DNA from: Chrysomallon squamiferum
Lineage: Eukaryota; Animalia; Mollusca
DNA length: 64,000 nt
Direction of reading: 5' to 3'
Assembly: GCA_012295275.1 (NCBI GenBank)
Contig: CM022665.1
Coordinates: 5,890,001 to 5,954,000, forward strand
This document shows, one piece after another, positions 16,404-41,478 of this stretch (position 1 is the first letter of the stretch; every line of letters begins with the position of its first letter). A model generated the notes under the pieces. That model saw only the letters and a program-made list of their open reading frames with translations, was not told where the DNA came from and searched no databases. The translations under genes were made by a program, and so were the position numbers.

Positions 16404-19400
16404 ATGGATAAGCTGTTTGGCAAAAGTAGAATGAAAATACCCGAACCTCTTTCAGCAAAATACGAAGAGTAAGGAAATTATTGTTTTATTTCGTTTTCTG
16501 TATATGTAGTTTTCTTTTAGTTTGAATTAATAACAGTAACCTTGGTTCGAATTAAGACGATAGTTGGAAAAGGGGGCGTGCCGAAATCTAGTACTGGCTC
16601 TTGCCGTGTTTTCTGTTGGTAGTTAGTAATTTTTTAACAGTTAAAAATAATTCCCGATATTCAGCTCTCTCCCACAGCAGAGTCGTCTATGAAATACTGA
16701 CTGTTGACACTTCCTGAAAATCAGAAAAAAACAATTTAAATTTAGTCTCATTTGTGAGACATATTTAAAATGAATAACAGTAATTGCTACCCGGTTCCCA
16801 GTATTCATTATAATTTTTATACTGGGCAAAAATACCCACGTGAACAGTTGCCATTTCAAGAATTGGTTTGGATAGGGCAGTTATGTAAGTTTTCTTGATT
16901 GGACAGACTTTCCATTTTTAGCTTATACAAAAAAAAAAAAACAAACAAAACAAATATGATAGTCTTGGTGTGCGAAAAATCAACGGCATTTATTTGTGTA
17001 TATATTATTTTTTTAAAAGTAATGTTCCCAAACGATGATTAAGATTATTACATTTGGAATAAACATTTAAAATGTGTATTTATTTATTTTGTGTATAGAT
17101 CTTTTGCATACAAGACCATAAGAGATCGACTGCCTGTGATTGTCTCATCTGTTGCTGATACACTGTATCGTAACAAGAAGGAAATATCTGAACAGTATGG
17201 ACAGGTTAGTAATTATCAGTCATGTAGATATGTTACTTCAGAGACACTGATTTTAATTTCCTCCTTTGTTTAAAATCAGACCTGCAATACATCTGGAAGT
17301 ATTGTTTTCTTTTTCTGGAAATGATAATATATATATTGCAGAGGCATATCTAGTGTTTGACAAAGAGATGTAACCATTACTGTGTATAATCTGGATATTT
17401 GTATCCACTGCTAATACATATTAGGTGATAAAATGGTGCTTTATTTTAATAAATTAATTTACTACATTAATAAATAATTACAAATATTATTCCTTTGTAG
17501 GATTTTAAAATTATTTAAAATAAACTACTAGATTATAAGGCAGTAAATTATTACATATATATTTACAAATATTTTTGGTAAAAAGTGAATTAATATTTTT
17601 GCAGACAGCAGCTGAAGAACTGAAGATAATTATAGGGTTTATGTCAAAATTACGCCATGAAATTTCCACAGACAAACCTGTTCTTCCACTCACTGATAAA
17701 AATAGTGATACAGCCCTATGGAACCATTATCTGGAAGAGGTCACTAAGAAAGAGGGTCATGTCCCAACTTGGTTTTCCTCTGCATGGCTTTACCTAGAAT
17801 GTTACATGTACCGCAGAGTACAAGAAGCTGTCTCACTGAGGTAAATCAGTTTTGTTGTAATATTATATAAACTATAACATCAGTTTGAAGTTAGTTGTCA
17901 GATAAATGTTTTTTTTTTTTTTTTCTATAAGATTATATGAAAAACTTTGTGTTAATCTTTTTGGATTGACAGGGAAGGAAATAGTTTTGCATGGATATCT
18001 TCCCATACAATGGAAATTCCGTAATAAACTAGTTATTGTGTACTGGATGAAAGAGAAACTGCTAAATGGATGCTACCAGGATGTGGTGTTTCTATAGCCT
18101 ATCATACCACAGATCAAGACTCCACCAATGTCAGAACCCAATTCTCCCAAAATATTCAAAAAATGGTTATAAAATTAAATAGTGTTTTTTTTTTTTTCAC
18201 AAATTTGGATATACACACACATAATAATGTGATGGTATTACAGTTATTCTTATTGTTAATCATATTTTATTGTATTTGTCCTTAATATTTTGCAGTACCA
18301 CTTTACAGAATATTGATGTGTTTGAGAAACAGAAAAAAAGTGCCTACCTCTCTTCTGATGGTGCAATCACCACACTACTGACTTACCTAATGACTGTTGT
18401 TGAGAAATGTAAAACTGTTACAGAAAATGACCTTCAGAGTCTGTTTACTCAATTTGTTCAGGTCAGTAAGAAAGATTCAAATGTAGGAAATAAAATAAAA
18501 TGTCATTCAGGTAAAAAATAACAGATAAATTATTTTAATTTCATAATTTCAGTATAAACATAACATATTATTAATGTGCTACTATTAGATATATTGAATT
18601 CTAATCATTTCAATACAGATATCAGTTAAGTTACTAGATTGGTATTCAGTTAGTACCAATTATTTTTCCTTTACATTTTTTTTTTTTTTTTTTTTGTTGT
18701 TTTTGGATAAAATAAATATAAAACAATTTATGAGTTATCATCTAATTTATAATTACTTTTTTACTCTCAAAATGTAGGTAGCCTTATGGGGTAACAGGTG
18801 TGATTTATCAATATCAGCAGGGTTAGAGAATGCACAGAAAGAATGTGTTTTGGAGAAACTGGAGAGTTTGTTTCCTAATATCCTTATCAATGAATCTGAT
18901 CAGGCCTGGAAGTCACTGAGGAAGACCATTTCATCAAGAGGATCGCTAGGAAAGGTCGACATAGCTTTGGATAATGCTGGCTTTGAACTGGTTGGTGATT
19001 TATGTCTTGCTGAATTTCTTCTTGCTGCAAACCTTGCTTCTTCTATACACTTCCATGCAAAAGCAATTCCATGGTTTGTTTCCGATGTAACAAAGAATGA
19101 TTTTAACTGGACTTTGCAGACTATGTGTGCAACCAATCATTTAGCGATTTCCAGGTTTGGTGCTAAGTGGAAAGACCGACTGCAGAATGGGAGTTGGGTA
19201 TTTCATGCAGATGGTTTTTGGACAACACCGTTTGATTACAGTGTAATGGCATCAAAGGCTGCTAAACTTCATCAACAACTCAGGCATTCTGATCTTATTT
19301 TCTTCAAGGGAGACCTGCATTATAGAAAATTGGTTGGAGACCTCAACTGGAATCCAACAACACCTTTCAGTACCAGTCTTCGTGGTTTTTCACCTGCACC

Positions 19401-19545
19401 ATTACTTGCTCTTCGAGCCATCAAAGCTGATGTTGTGACAGGGTTAGAACAGGGTCAAGCTGAGAAAATTACAGCCGAAGACAAGGACTGGATGACTGAT
19501 GGCAAATGGGCAGTCATCTCTTTTCATGAACCCAAACACTTGTGA
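16404..19545 (+). CDS. ARMT1: ARMT1 / DUF89 damage-control phosphatase, exons 16404-16468, 17099-17204, 17605-17840, 18296-18461, 18778-19545
   Basis: PEPLSAKYEESFAYKTIRDRLPVI...TWFSSAWLYLECYMYRR...DVFEKQK...ALWGNRCDLSISAG...DIALDNAGFELVGDL...KAIPWFVSDVT...FFKGDLHYRKLVGD...KADVVTGL...GKWAVI match ARMT1 motifs; phases are consistent. Confidence 0.96.
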
Positions 19546-20207
19546 TGCTTAATTTATCACACCTTAATTCCACTCTGTGATAGAAAACACTTTGTGATGA
19601 TTTTACATAAAATAAATTATTTAGAAATTCTACAAACCTTAAAAAAATTGTACTGCTTCTGTTCTATTAAACAAATCTATGTTAAAAATGTTACCCTATA
19701 ATGCAGGCCTTTCTAAATAAAGTTAAATACCTCTTAGTGTAAAGAACAGTTTTTATGTTTTTGGTTTGTTTTTGATTAGTTAAACCCTGGATTGTTATTC
19801 TGAATTGAAATAGAAAAACTAAATTTTTAACAGATACAAAATTACTGACAACACTGATGTAGTGTATTATAAAACTAATGAGATACTTGATGTTGAAAAC
19901 ATGAATCTAAGCATTTGACTATTTAAATTTTATAATTATAATTCATTTACCAATAAATTTTAAACTGAATTTAGTGTTCAAAAATTTATGAAAACAAATA
20001 TAAAAGTATTTTAAAAATTAATAATTTTTCTTATCAAAAATAAAATATAGTAATTGTGTAAATTGATTCTTAATACTATAATAGTGAAATACTTCTTAAC
20101 ATTCTTTGATTTTCTTTTATTGACAATTACAGTATGAAATATTTTTCACAAATGTCACAGTTTTTCTTAGAAAATGATTTTAAAAATACTTCCATAATGA
20201 TATAATG

Positions 20208-20243
<36 letters not shown>

Positions 20244-20292
20244 TATTAAAATATAAAAATAGCAATTGAACATGAAACAAAATCTGGAGATA

Positions 20293-26689
<6,397 letters not shown>

Positions 26690-26793
26690 TTGTTCTTATA
26701 TTTATTTTTGGGGTTAAATCAGTTATCTCCCTTGAAATGTTAAATTTACTCTTCTCCGAAAAAAGAACTGTTTCCTCTTGCAACACGTGAAAA
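26690..26793. promoter_or_regulatory. Very compact bidirectional promoter/5'UTR region KPTN/PNO1 (104 bp between start codons)
   Basis: Divergent ATGs at 26689 (-) and 26794 (+); contains AGTTATCTCCCTT (26721-26733) and an E-box CACGTG near 26784. Confidence 0.7.
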
Positions 26794-29700
26794 ATGGAAG
26801 ACGCAGAAGTAAATAATTCGGAAAACAAGGTGATAGTTTCGAAAAAGGAAGATGAATTTGTTTTGGCGAAAACAAAATCCAGAAAAAGAAAGCATACGAC
26901 AGATTCATCCAAAATGGATACATCAGAAAGTGAAATAAAGAGACCAAACTTTCCGCCTATCAGTGCTGAAAACTTGTTGGTGAGCTTTCAGTTTCATAAA
27001 TTATTATTGTAATAATTACTGCTATACTTGCACATATGTTAAGGTAAACAACTGAAAAATTTATTTTCATCAGTACACTGACATGAATGTAATTTTTTAA
27101 TTATTATTTGTATACTAATGTAGTCCAGAGGTTCTGGTAATGAATATTAATTATTTAATTTATTATGAAAAAAACTGTCAAAACCCGTATTATGAAATTT
27201 TCAGTCTTATATAATATATTAATACAATTCTTTTAATTGTAATGTATTCACAGTTTCTTTATAAACTGATTACCATTTAAATGATTTATTTTTGTTTTTT
27301 GTTCGTTATCCATTATCATCAGAAAAAAACTCAGGAAAATAATTTTAATAATATTTTATAGATTAATAAATATTCAACCCTTGGACATTTATGATTTAAC
27401 TTTGACACGTAATCAATTGATGTAATTTGTTGTATTTTAGGGTGGCAGATCAGAATTAAGAAAAATTCCAGTACCATCACACAGATACACACCATTAAAG
27501 GAGAACTGGATGAAGATATTTAGTCCAGTTGTTGAGCACTTACATCTGCAAATAAGGTTCAATTTGAAAACTAGGAATGTGGAAATAAAGGTAAGTGCAA
27601 AATTTAATAATAGTAACTGCACATTTAGTTTCTATAAATATATATATTTGTTCCAAGTCACGCCCATAAATAAATGCGTAATTTATATATCTTGATATAA
27701 AATAAAATGTTAAATTGACTTTTTTTTTATATTTTACGTTTTGTTATCATTAAACTTACTAAATAACTAATTTAAATGATGTTTTGTTAAGCATAGAAAA
27801 AAATCTTTAATATGTTCTTCACTACTCTGAATTTGAAATAGTGCTTGTTTATTATTTCAGACATGCAAAGACACAACAGATATTGGAGCACTGCAAAAAG
27901 CAGCTGATTTTGTCAAAGCATTTACCTTAGGATTTGAAGTTGATGTAAGTTAAATCCTTATATTGTTTTCATGATATAACTGTTATATCTCAAACATACT
28001 GGTAAATATTTTGGTTACAATAATTTAAATGAAAAAGAAAAAATCTTTCTTTTGCAAGTAAAAAGTTAAATTGTCATTTTAATTTTTAGAATCACCCTCC
28101 AGGGCATGAGCAAGATTAAATCAGTCTCAATTGACCATATCTAGCCATATATATGGCTAGATATGGCCATTTAAGTTCTGAAGTAAATATTCTGTTTTTG
28201 ATATTTCTTGTGAAAGACAATTGTTGTGATACATTATTGGTCTACCTAAACATTTAAATAAATGCATAGTTTAATGTTTACCTAATACAGTGATAGTTAC
28301 AAATGTATTTAAAATCTTTTTTTAATCAGGCATGAATTTATTTTATTTTATTTTTCTTTTACTTTAAATGCATCTGATATTTTATAAAAAGAATAATTAT
28401 CTCTAATCAACAGGATGCTTTAGCTTTGGTTCGGCTTGATGACCTTTACCTTGAATCATTTAATGTCACAGATGGTAAGTTACGATATATCAGTGTAAGA
28501 ATGTACTGACAATGAAGAAGAATGATTGATAAATACAATGGAACCTTGGGTTATGAACTTAATTCATTCCAGAACTCAGTTCATAAACCGAAGCAATGTC
28601 AAACACTCGAATGCCATTCTCGTGTTTTGCAATTATTTCTTCCTTAAAGTCTGCTATGATATACTTTCTACCAGCATTATCGCTTTCACTTTTTGTTTTC
28701 TTGGGCACCATATTGGAATGGGTATAATAAAAAATATACACATAAAAGCAGCAACACTTTAAAAAATGCAAGAGCACAAACTCAGTGCAAAAGCTGTTGA
28801 ACTGCACCTGCGTATCGAAGACTAAAGGCCCTAATTCATGATATATATTTGCTGTAGGGCATGCCTATAATCCTTATTTTGACCTTGGTTTTTACTTAAG
28901 CATCTATTCTTATCTTTACTAGATGTTGTTAAAACCAATGTCAAAAGAAAGCTTGTCATGGCATGTCGCTGTAGTTTGTAATTCAGGACATTATTTGTAA
29001 ATGGAAACAAAAATTGCCCAAGCTCACAGTTCGTAATCTGATTTATTCATGCTTCAAAGCATTTGTAACCTGAGGTTCCACTGTATGACATTTAGTTGTT
29101 TTATGTGATTTATTTTCTAACAGTTAAAGCATTATGGGCAGTTCCAATCCAGCTGAGCTGGAACATCAATTTTTAAATTATTTTCTTTACAATAGTCATC
29201 TAAATTGTTATTATTAATAAATGGTTTTGGGATTTTTTTTTTATTTGTATGAACAATAAATTTGGTTAAACAAATTTTTACAAATTTTTATTTCATTGTA
29301 GTGAAACCATTGAAGGGAGACCATTTATCCAGAGCAATAGGAAGAATAGCAGGAAAAAATGGCAAAACAAAATTTACAATAGAAAATGTCACAAAAACTA
29401 GAATTGTTCTAGCAGACAGGTAAATAATTGTCTCTTGATAATGAATTTTTCAATTTACTGAATATATCAGTGTATTTCTTATTTCTAATATTTTGTCATT
29501 TTTAATGAATTGTTCATGATGTATTACCAAATTTTGTTTTAATTTCAGTAAAGTGAACATCCTTGGATCTTATCAAAACATCCAGGTTGCCAGAACTGCT
29601 ATTTGTAACTTGATATTAGGTATGCCATATCATTGAATATCTGTAGTGCATTCTATTTAAAACTTTGAAATTAATATTCATTCTTCTGATAACTTTAAAA

Positions 29701-30003
29701 CACACTAATATTACAATTTAAAGAAAAAGGTTTTCCTTGTTTAAAGCTCATTATCCACATTGTCAATTAACATCAGATTGTTTTAACTGCAACATATACA
29801 AAATAATACTGCCAGACACTTCCGCTTTGATGCACTTGTGTAATAACCCAGTTTTTGCCTAATTGATTTTAAATGTGTTTTAAGGACATTGAACAGATTT
29901 TGTCTTCATATTTTTGTCTTTTTTTTTTCTTTCAGGAAGCCCACCTTCAAAAGTTTATGGTCAGATGCGGACAGTTGCTGCAAGAAGTGCTGAAAGATTT
30001 TAG
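26794..30003 (+). CDS. PNO1: RNA-binding protein PNO1 (Dim2), 40S biogenesis factor, exons 26794-26979, 27441-27590, 27861-27944, 28414-28474, 29302-29419, 29549-29619, 29936-30003
   Basis: KRPNFPP...[44 protein letters not shown]...[12 protein letters not shown]...[16 protein letters not shown]...[38 protein letters not shown]...[22 protein letters not shown]. Confidence 0.97.
28536..29083 (-). mobile_element. Internally deleted Tigger/pogo element in PNO1 intron 4
   Basis: ta|caatggaaccttgggtta ... taacctgaggttccactg|ta (TIRs, TA TSD). The minus strand retains the N-terminal HTH of a Tigger-type transposase (MVPKKTKS...[24 protein letters not shown]). Confidence 0.85.
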
Positions 30004-31409
30004 TGTTAATAAATTTTGTATATATCGCATAAATGTGACTCTGTTTTGATAAAAATTTACTTTATTCTTGGCCAATTAAAGAATGATTATAGATGTTCTA
30101 TCTTTACTACACGTGGTATTTCAAAATGGAAAAAATGACCAGGATAGAATGAGCAACTTTTCTAAATTCATTATAAATATTTACAAATAAAATACTTCAT
30201 TTAATCAATAACAAGGCAATCTGGTATGTTATAATTGCAGTTTATTTTAAATACATTTCATGTCACTTGAGTTTTTTTGTCATGTTTACATCACACTATT
30301 CATAATGAATCTCCATTTATCCTTGTAAGTCTACTAGAAACAACATTTAATTTTATATTTACCATTAATCTTCTCTTTATAATATAATGGAGAAGTTTAC
30401 TTCAAATTATCAAGCACATAAAACTACATACATTAATATACTCTTTATAAAATGGACATTTTCAAAAATAAGATCACATTGTGCAATGATCACTTTTCAC
30501 CATAATTTAGAGGCTACGGTATGTAAAATTCTACATAACAGAATTTTAATAATTATACTAAATACATTTCATTTTCCTTCTTTTTAAAAAAAAAAATATT
30601 TTCTCTAAATTTATGTGCAACAAAAAAAGATATAAATACAAGGGACAAAGACAACATAAAAATGTTAGACCATATAGATGGATAAGAAGTTTTATAATAA
30701 AATTTTAAATAAAAAGTGGTATTTTGTATGAATCTTGTATTTCAGTTATTTTTCAGCTACATTTGCAGAACATTACACAATTTTATTTGTCTGCACTGGA
30801 TATAAAAAAAAAATCTGACAACAACAGTTGTTATTCCCATAAAACTAGTGAAATTTACTGCAATCCATGTACAGCAAACAAGCATGATTTGGTGGAATTA
30901 GATTTTCAAAAATAACTTTAGCTAACTAACAAATAAACAGCAGCATTATTTAGGATAATTTTTATCCTGGAAATGTAGCATTATTATTTTAATAAAATCT
31001 ATAATTTCTGGTATCAATCAAATGTTGACTCAATTCATTTATCAAATTATTCACATAATTTTACTAACGTAAATCTGGGGCTCAATACATCAAATTAAAT
31101 GGTTACAAAATGGTTATATCTGATATCTTCAAATGTAGAAGTTATAATAAAAAATTTAATGAACAAATCATTCATGATATGAATTTATTTTTTCATTTGT
31201 ATAAAAAATCAATTTCTCTTCCATTATTAAAATTTATGATTTTTTTTCCATATATTTTATTAAAAATTCTTTCTACGTCATAAAATCTGAAAGCCAACTA
31301 TGTACACAACTACTGACCATTAACCATACACTATCAACCCTAATGAAACACAAATGCACTCTTAATAAACAGAAAATCTGTTTAGGATTTTAACCTAAGT
31401 TCCCCTTTG

Positions 31410-36151
<4,742 letters not shown>

Positions 36152-36430
36152 GATCGTCATGATTAACTCCGCATAATCGCCAGAGAAATAAAGGAAACCT
36201 ATGACAAAGTTAAATTCAGGACGAAATTAGAATGCAGAAATACTTTTTTAAAATTAATTATGTGTTAAAACATGACGTATACATTTATTAAAGAAATAAA
36301 CTTTTATCAAATATATATTTGCTGCATTACCAAGTCAAGAAAGAAAACTTCCGGATAAGACGAAATGTGTTGCAAGCTGGATTTGCTGTTGATCGAGTAA
36401 TTTGGTGAATATTTTGTTTGGTGTCACAAC
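36152..36430. promoter_or_regulatory. Bidirectional promoter KAT5/POLR3F (279 bp between start codons)
   Basis: Divergent ATGs; ETS motif ACTTCCGG (~36347) and CRE-like TGACGTA (~36273). Confidence 0.7.
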
Positions 36431-39400
36431 ATGGCATCGTTGGTAAAGCAAGAACCTCTAGAAGAAGTTGATTTGGAAACTAGGTAAGTTGTAAAAAATT
36501 TATTAAAATATTATACAGGCCTTTTATAAGTTAGTTGCCGTATTCGATGACACGATTTTTATTTTAAAATAAAATCATAATCACGATAATGTTCATTATA
36601 ATATTAGTATTAACTTAACAGCCTATCTAACAACACTAATTTATAGGAATAGCAAAGTTTTGCAGTCTAATAAAGTACTACGGCTGCAGTACTTAAAATA
36701 TTCACTGATTCACTCAATCACTGATTGTATTTATTTGTTTATTTGTTACTTTTGTATATTATTAATAATACCCTCATCTTCCAGTATGTTTATCTTTATA
36801 TATATATATATAAGTAACGTTTACAGTGATGTCAATATATAAAGATAACTGAACATTTTCAGAATACTGAACCTGTGTCAACAAAATCCTGAAGGTGTCA
36901 GTGATGCAACAATTCAGACTGAAATGCCACAATGTGATGTTAAACAAAGGGTGATGGCAATCAACAGATTGCTTTCCACAGTAAGCATAAATAAATTAAT
37001 TTTTTAAAACTGTAAAAGTTACATAGCATTACATATACAATGTTCTGCATGAGTTTTATGATACACTTTTTGTTTGCTTTACATATATTTATTTAGTCTG
37101 TAAGATAAATATAGATAAGAATTATCTATTTATTTTAAAAGCAAAAAGGAACAGAATTTGTAATAAAAGTGGTCAGTTGAAACATGATGTCAAAATGTTA
37201 TTTTTCTTTTTCTTTCTTTTATCTTCAAAATTAGTTCATCAGTTTTACTTTATAACTTCTAGGGGCGAATAGATCTTTTGAAGAGTGGGAACAAATTGGT
37301 GTATCGACTGAAAGACCCAGATACTGCAAAGTAAAGAAACATGTTATCTATTCATTTTAGCTGAAAAATCTCTACATATTTTTTTATTTTATTTTTTTAA
37401 CATAAGGTGTGTTTGTCACAGTTTGAAAATATGTTAGCCCAGTAAATTTGTTTTATAATCTGTTGTAGGTAAAGCTGAGAGCATGGAACATCATAAACAC
37501 TTTTTAAAAAAAATACATTTTCAGTATATATTTTTTTAACCCAGTATTCATTTTCACATCATGTTCTATGATAATTTTTAATTTTCAGAGAAGTGAAAGG
37601 TGCTGACCATCAGGAAAAGGTTGTTTATCAGATTATCAAAGAAGCTTCAAATAAAGGTGAAATAAAGATTTTGTTACAAGATTTTCTCAATCTTTTTAAA
37701 GATAAATTTTATCAGTTTAACAATCTGCTGAAAATAATTATATATGTAAGAGGTTCCAGAAGTTTCTAATAATAGTTTCCTTCATATTAATTCAAATGCT
37801 TTTTAATGTAATGTCTTTATTAATTAAGTTTCATTACATTTGCTTAAAAATCTGTATACATTTGTTTCTTTAATTACTACAGCTAATTATTCATAGCCAC
37901 AGGTTAACTGATTTGAGTAATTAAGAGTGCTATATAAGCAGTAATCATTTGTTTATTATTGTTACAGGAATATGGATTCGTGATATTCGTTACAAGAGTA
38001 ATTTGTCAATGACTCAACTCAACAAAATCTTAAAGAATCTGGAAAGCAAAAAACTTATAAAAGCTGTCAAGTCAGTTGCAGTGAGTTTCTTAAATTACAT
38101 TCTGCCCGTAACGAAAAGTTGATTAATTTTAACAACAGAATTTAAATTAACAGAATATATAAATATATTACTTAGATTTAAAATTATTGTTTTGTTTCTT
38201 TCAGCCAGTCTTCACACATTGTACATCCCTCAAAATGCACACCCAGTACTGAGTAAATCATTGCAATGATTACATATCCTCAGTCTATGGCCAAATTATG
38301 CACCCTTTCAAACTTGTCGTATTTTATGATTATTTCTGATTTAAAAATCATTTTGTACTATAATCTTCAATAATTTTTCATCCTTGGCTTAACATTTAAT
38401 AGACCATACATCTTCAGTATTATAAATTGGTATAAAACTTAACAATTTTTTTTCTTTTTTATTATTATTATTATACAGGCTTCAAAGAAAAAAGTGTATA
38501 TGTTATACAACCTAGAACCAGACAGAACAGTGACTGGGGGTTCCTGGTACAGTGACCAAGACTTTGAATCAGAGTTTGTTGAAGTTCTTAATCAACAAAC
38601 ATACAAATTTTTAGAACAAAAGGTTGTATACAGTTTTATTTGTCCAGCTTCTCCTGCACCTGCTACTATTGTCTGTTCCACTAATATATAATAAACAATT
38701 TGTAAATTACAGACATTAAGGTTAATTTAGCGAATTCTACATTTTATGAATAATTACTGTTGGCAGAAAACTTGAAGAAATAAAAATCCTTTAATATAAA
38801 CACAACAAAGAATATTTTTGAAAGTTAATAACATTATGTGAATTGGTGAATAGTATAAATGTTTAGCATTTTTGCATTGTAATTGCATGTCATGTGTTAT
38901 TGACAGTATGTAGTTCCAGTAAAATGTTGTTGTTGTTTTTTTCATAGCATGCTGCAGCTTGTGAGACACAGTTAGACCCAGTGTCACAGAAAAATGCAGC
39001 ATATGCTCCATCTTGTGATGTTTGGAAATTTATATCAGAATTAGGAATCAGTAAGGTATTTTGTTGAATTTTGACATGTTAATTGATTTTACCCTAAAAA
39101 TATTATCAGACCTTTTGGACTGGGTAGATAAGATTCTTTGAAAAAAAATTATTTTCTTCAGATGAAATTAAAAGATTTAATAGTGAAATGCAGAACATAT
39201 TTTGAGTGGGACTTGTGATATCTGGACAAGTTGAATAATTAATTCTAGCAGGATGAGTATTAACATTTATTATGCCCTGTCATTTAAAGAAAATGTGCTT
39301 TTATTTTAATTTTTCACTACTTTAAATACAAATTAATTCAGCAACAGAATATTTAGCTAGATATTTTTGCTTTCAGGTCCAGCTGTCAGTAGAAGACATT

Positions 39401-40042
39401 GAGACTATCTTAGACACACTGATCTTTGATGGCAAGGTGGAACAGACAATAGTAGCGGGTGCAGGAGAAGGTGGACAAGTAAAACTGTACCGTGCTGTGA
39501 AACCGCTGATACCTCCCACTGGACTTGTGAGAATGCCATGTGGAACCTGCCCAGTAAGTTTTTCATACATTCGTTTCAAAAGAAAGATCTTTTAATTTGT
39601 AACAAGAAGTTAACATTAAAAAACCCAAGACAAAATAAGTACAGTAATAAAAATAAACTGTTCAATTTTATTACATTTTAACAGACTGTTTACATATTTC
39701 AGTGTGCATAAGACTGAGGAATTATTAATAATGTTGTTTAGCATTTATGCACAGTAATACCTATCCTAAAACTAATTTAAGTAATGCTTGCTAGAAGATT
39801 TCTAATTGAAAATGAAATTTTCTTAACAAATGTCTGTTAGTACTAGAAACAAATTAATGTTTTCATTTTGTATACAGGTTAAGGATATATCCATGTTTAC
39901 TCTGTGTTTTTAATGCATCTTTCAGTGCTGGAAACTGTTTTCATTATTATGTTTATTATTACAGGTTTTCAAGCAGTGCCATGAAGGAGGAGTGATATCA
40001 CCATCTACTTGCGTATACATGAAAGATTGGTTGGATTCTTGA
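36431..40042 (+). CDS. POLR3F: RNA polymerase III subunit RPC6 (RPC39/C34), exons 36431-36483, 36863-36980, 37263-37330, 37589-37656, 37968-38080, 38479-38622, 38948-39055, 39377-39553, 39965-40042
   Basis: AINRLLSTGRIDLLKSG...QEKVVYQIIKEASNKGIWIRDIRYKSNL...KKLIKAVKSVAASKKKVYMLYNLEPDRTVTGGSWYSDQDFESEFVEVLNQ...ELGISKVQLSVEDIETILDTLIFDGKVE...PCGTCPVFKQCHEGGVISPSTCVYMKDWLDS* (C-terminal Fe-S cysteines present). Confidence 0.97.
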
Positions 40043-41478
40043 CCTTGTGTGACACATTTTATTTATTTTGAGAGCTGATTTACTGCTTTGTTAAATGTGA
40101 CAAAACATTTTTTTCGACGTGAATAAGTTGTTATAAATTTAAGAATGGCTTTGTTTTTTCATATGCCAGTATTTTATTTCAGATATAAAGAGGAGAATTA
40201 TGTTGATTTTTTATTTATTTAATTTTTTACAAATGTGTAAAATATGCTCTGCTTTTAGTCATCTTGCTTATTTGTGACACCCAGTATTGTCAGTTTTGTT
40301 CTATGATGCAAATGTGCATCTGATCAGAAATTTCCATGTGTTCTGAGTCACTGAATTACATTGTTCATTTTAACCACACATTCAGAATGACAGTACATAA
40401 GTGTGACACTTAAACCTTTTGATTTGTATATTTTGTAAAACAAAATAATTTCTAATCCAGCAATTTCCAGAACCATCAAATATGTGCATGATATACTGTG
40501 ACTTAGGTTTTTTTTCAATGAAATAAAATCTTAACTCATGTATTCAGTGTTTATACTCATAGAATACATACTCTAAATAATAAATTAAAACAACAAACTT
40601 GATTATATTTATTATCTTTTTATTTTCAAAGGGAACAAAAATTATCTTAAAAATATAATCACAGGTTTCACATTTTAAGTTAACACAACCATGAATATTT
40701 GTAAGATAACTGCTGACTTTTGTTTTGTGCGTCAGGTTAACATAACAAATAAAAATAATACTGAATAACAAAGATAAAATTAATAGAAATGCAAATGTCA
40801 TGGCAGAGTCATCTATCAGAGATTCTTTTATGTCTTAATAAAACAGATTACAGGAAAATTAGATCTAGAAAGAATGTAATAAAAATTAATCCTGAAAAAT
40901 AGTAAACATTTTATTAGTTTTTGTAAACTTCATAAGCAGTATTTCCATTTGTTTATTTTAGGTTATTTTTCTTTGCTGACTATACTTTAATTCTGATTTT
41001 CTTTTTCTCTAATTTATTTATTTTTATATTTCTCCCCCAATGAAACTGAAATATTGCCTGGAATCTGCTTGAACATTTACACATTAGTTATGAAAAAGGA
41101 TCAGTAAACATGATCAGAAAAATACAACAGTGAGAGTAAAAATATGCTTAAATAAAAGAAAAGAAGAAAAAAGAAAACAGTTTGAAAATTAATTATTTTA
41201 AGATATTGTTTGATGTATCCTAATCACAACAGATAACAAATTCATAATAATTACAACTTCATATGTCTGCTAAAATGTGACTTAAGACTTTCACAGCTAA
41301 TGAATACGTCCACATCAAGACTTAAGTTTCAGAATGTTTTACCCAGGAAATAAACAAAGAGATATAAAAAATAAATGAGTACTGATTGAAGGAGTATCAA
41401 TGTAAGGCACAAATATAGCACTTTTGACTTTTGCACATTCCCTTCCTTGTAAAATCCCATAAAAATAAAATGAACATG

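Noticed and set aside
27776-27831. Possible box C/D snoRNA in PNO1 intron 2 (ATGATGT...CTGA)
   Set aside because: Imperfect C box, too short, too close to the 3' splice site, and only an ~8-nt putative guide.
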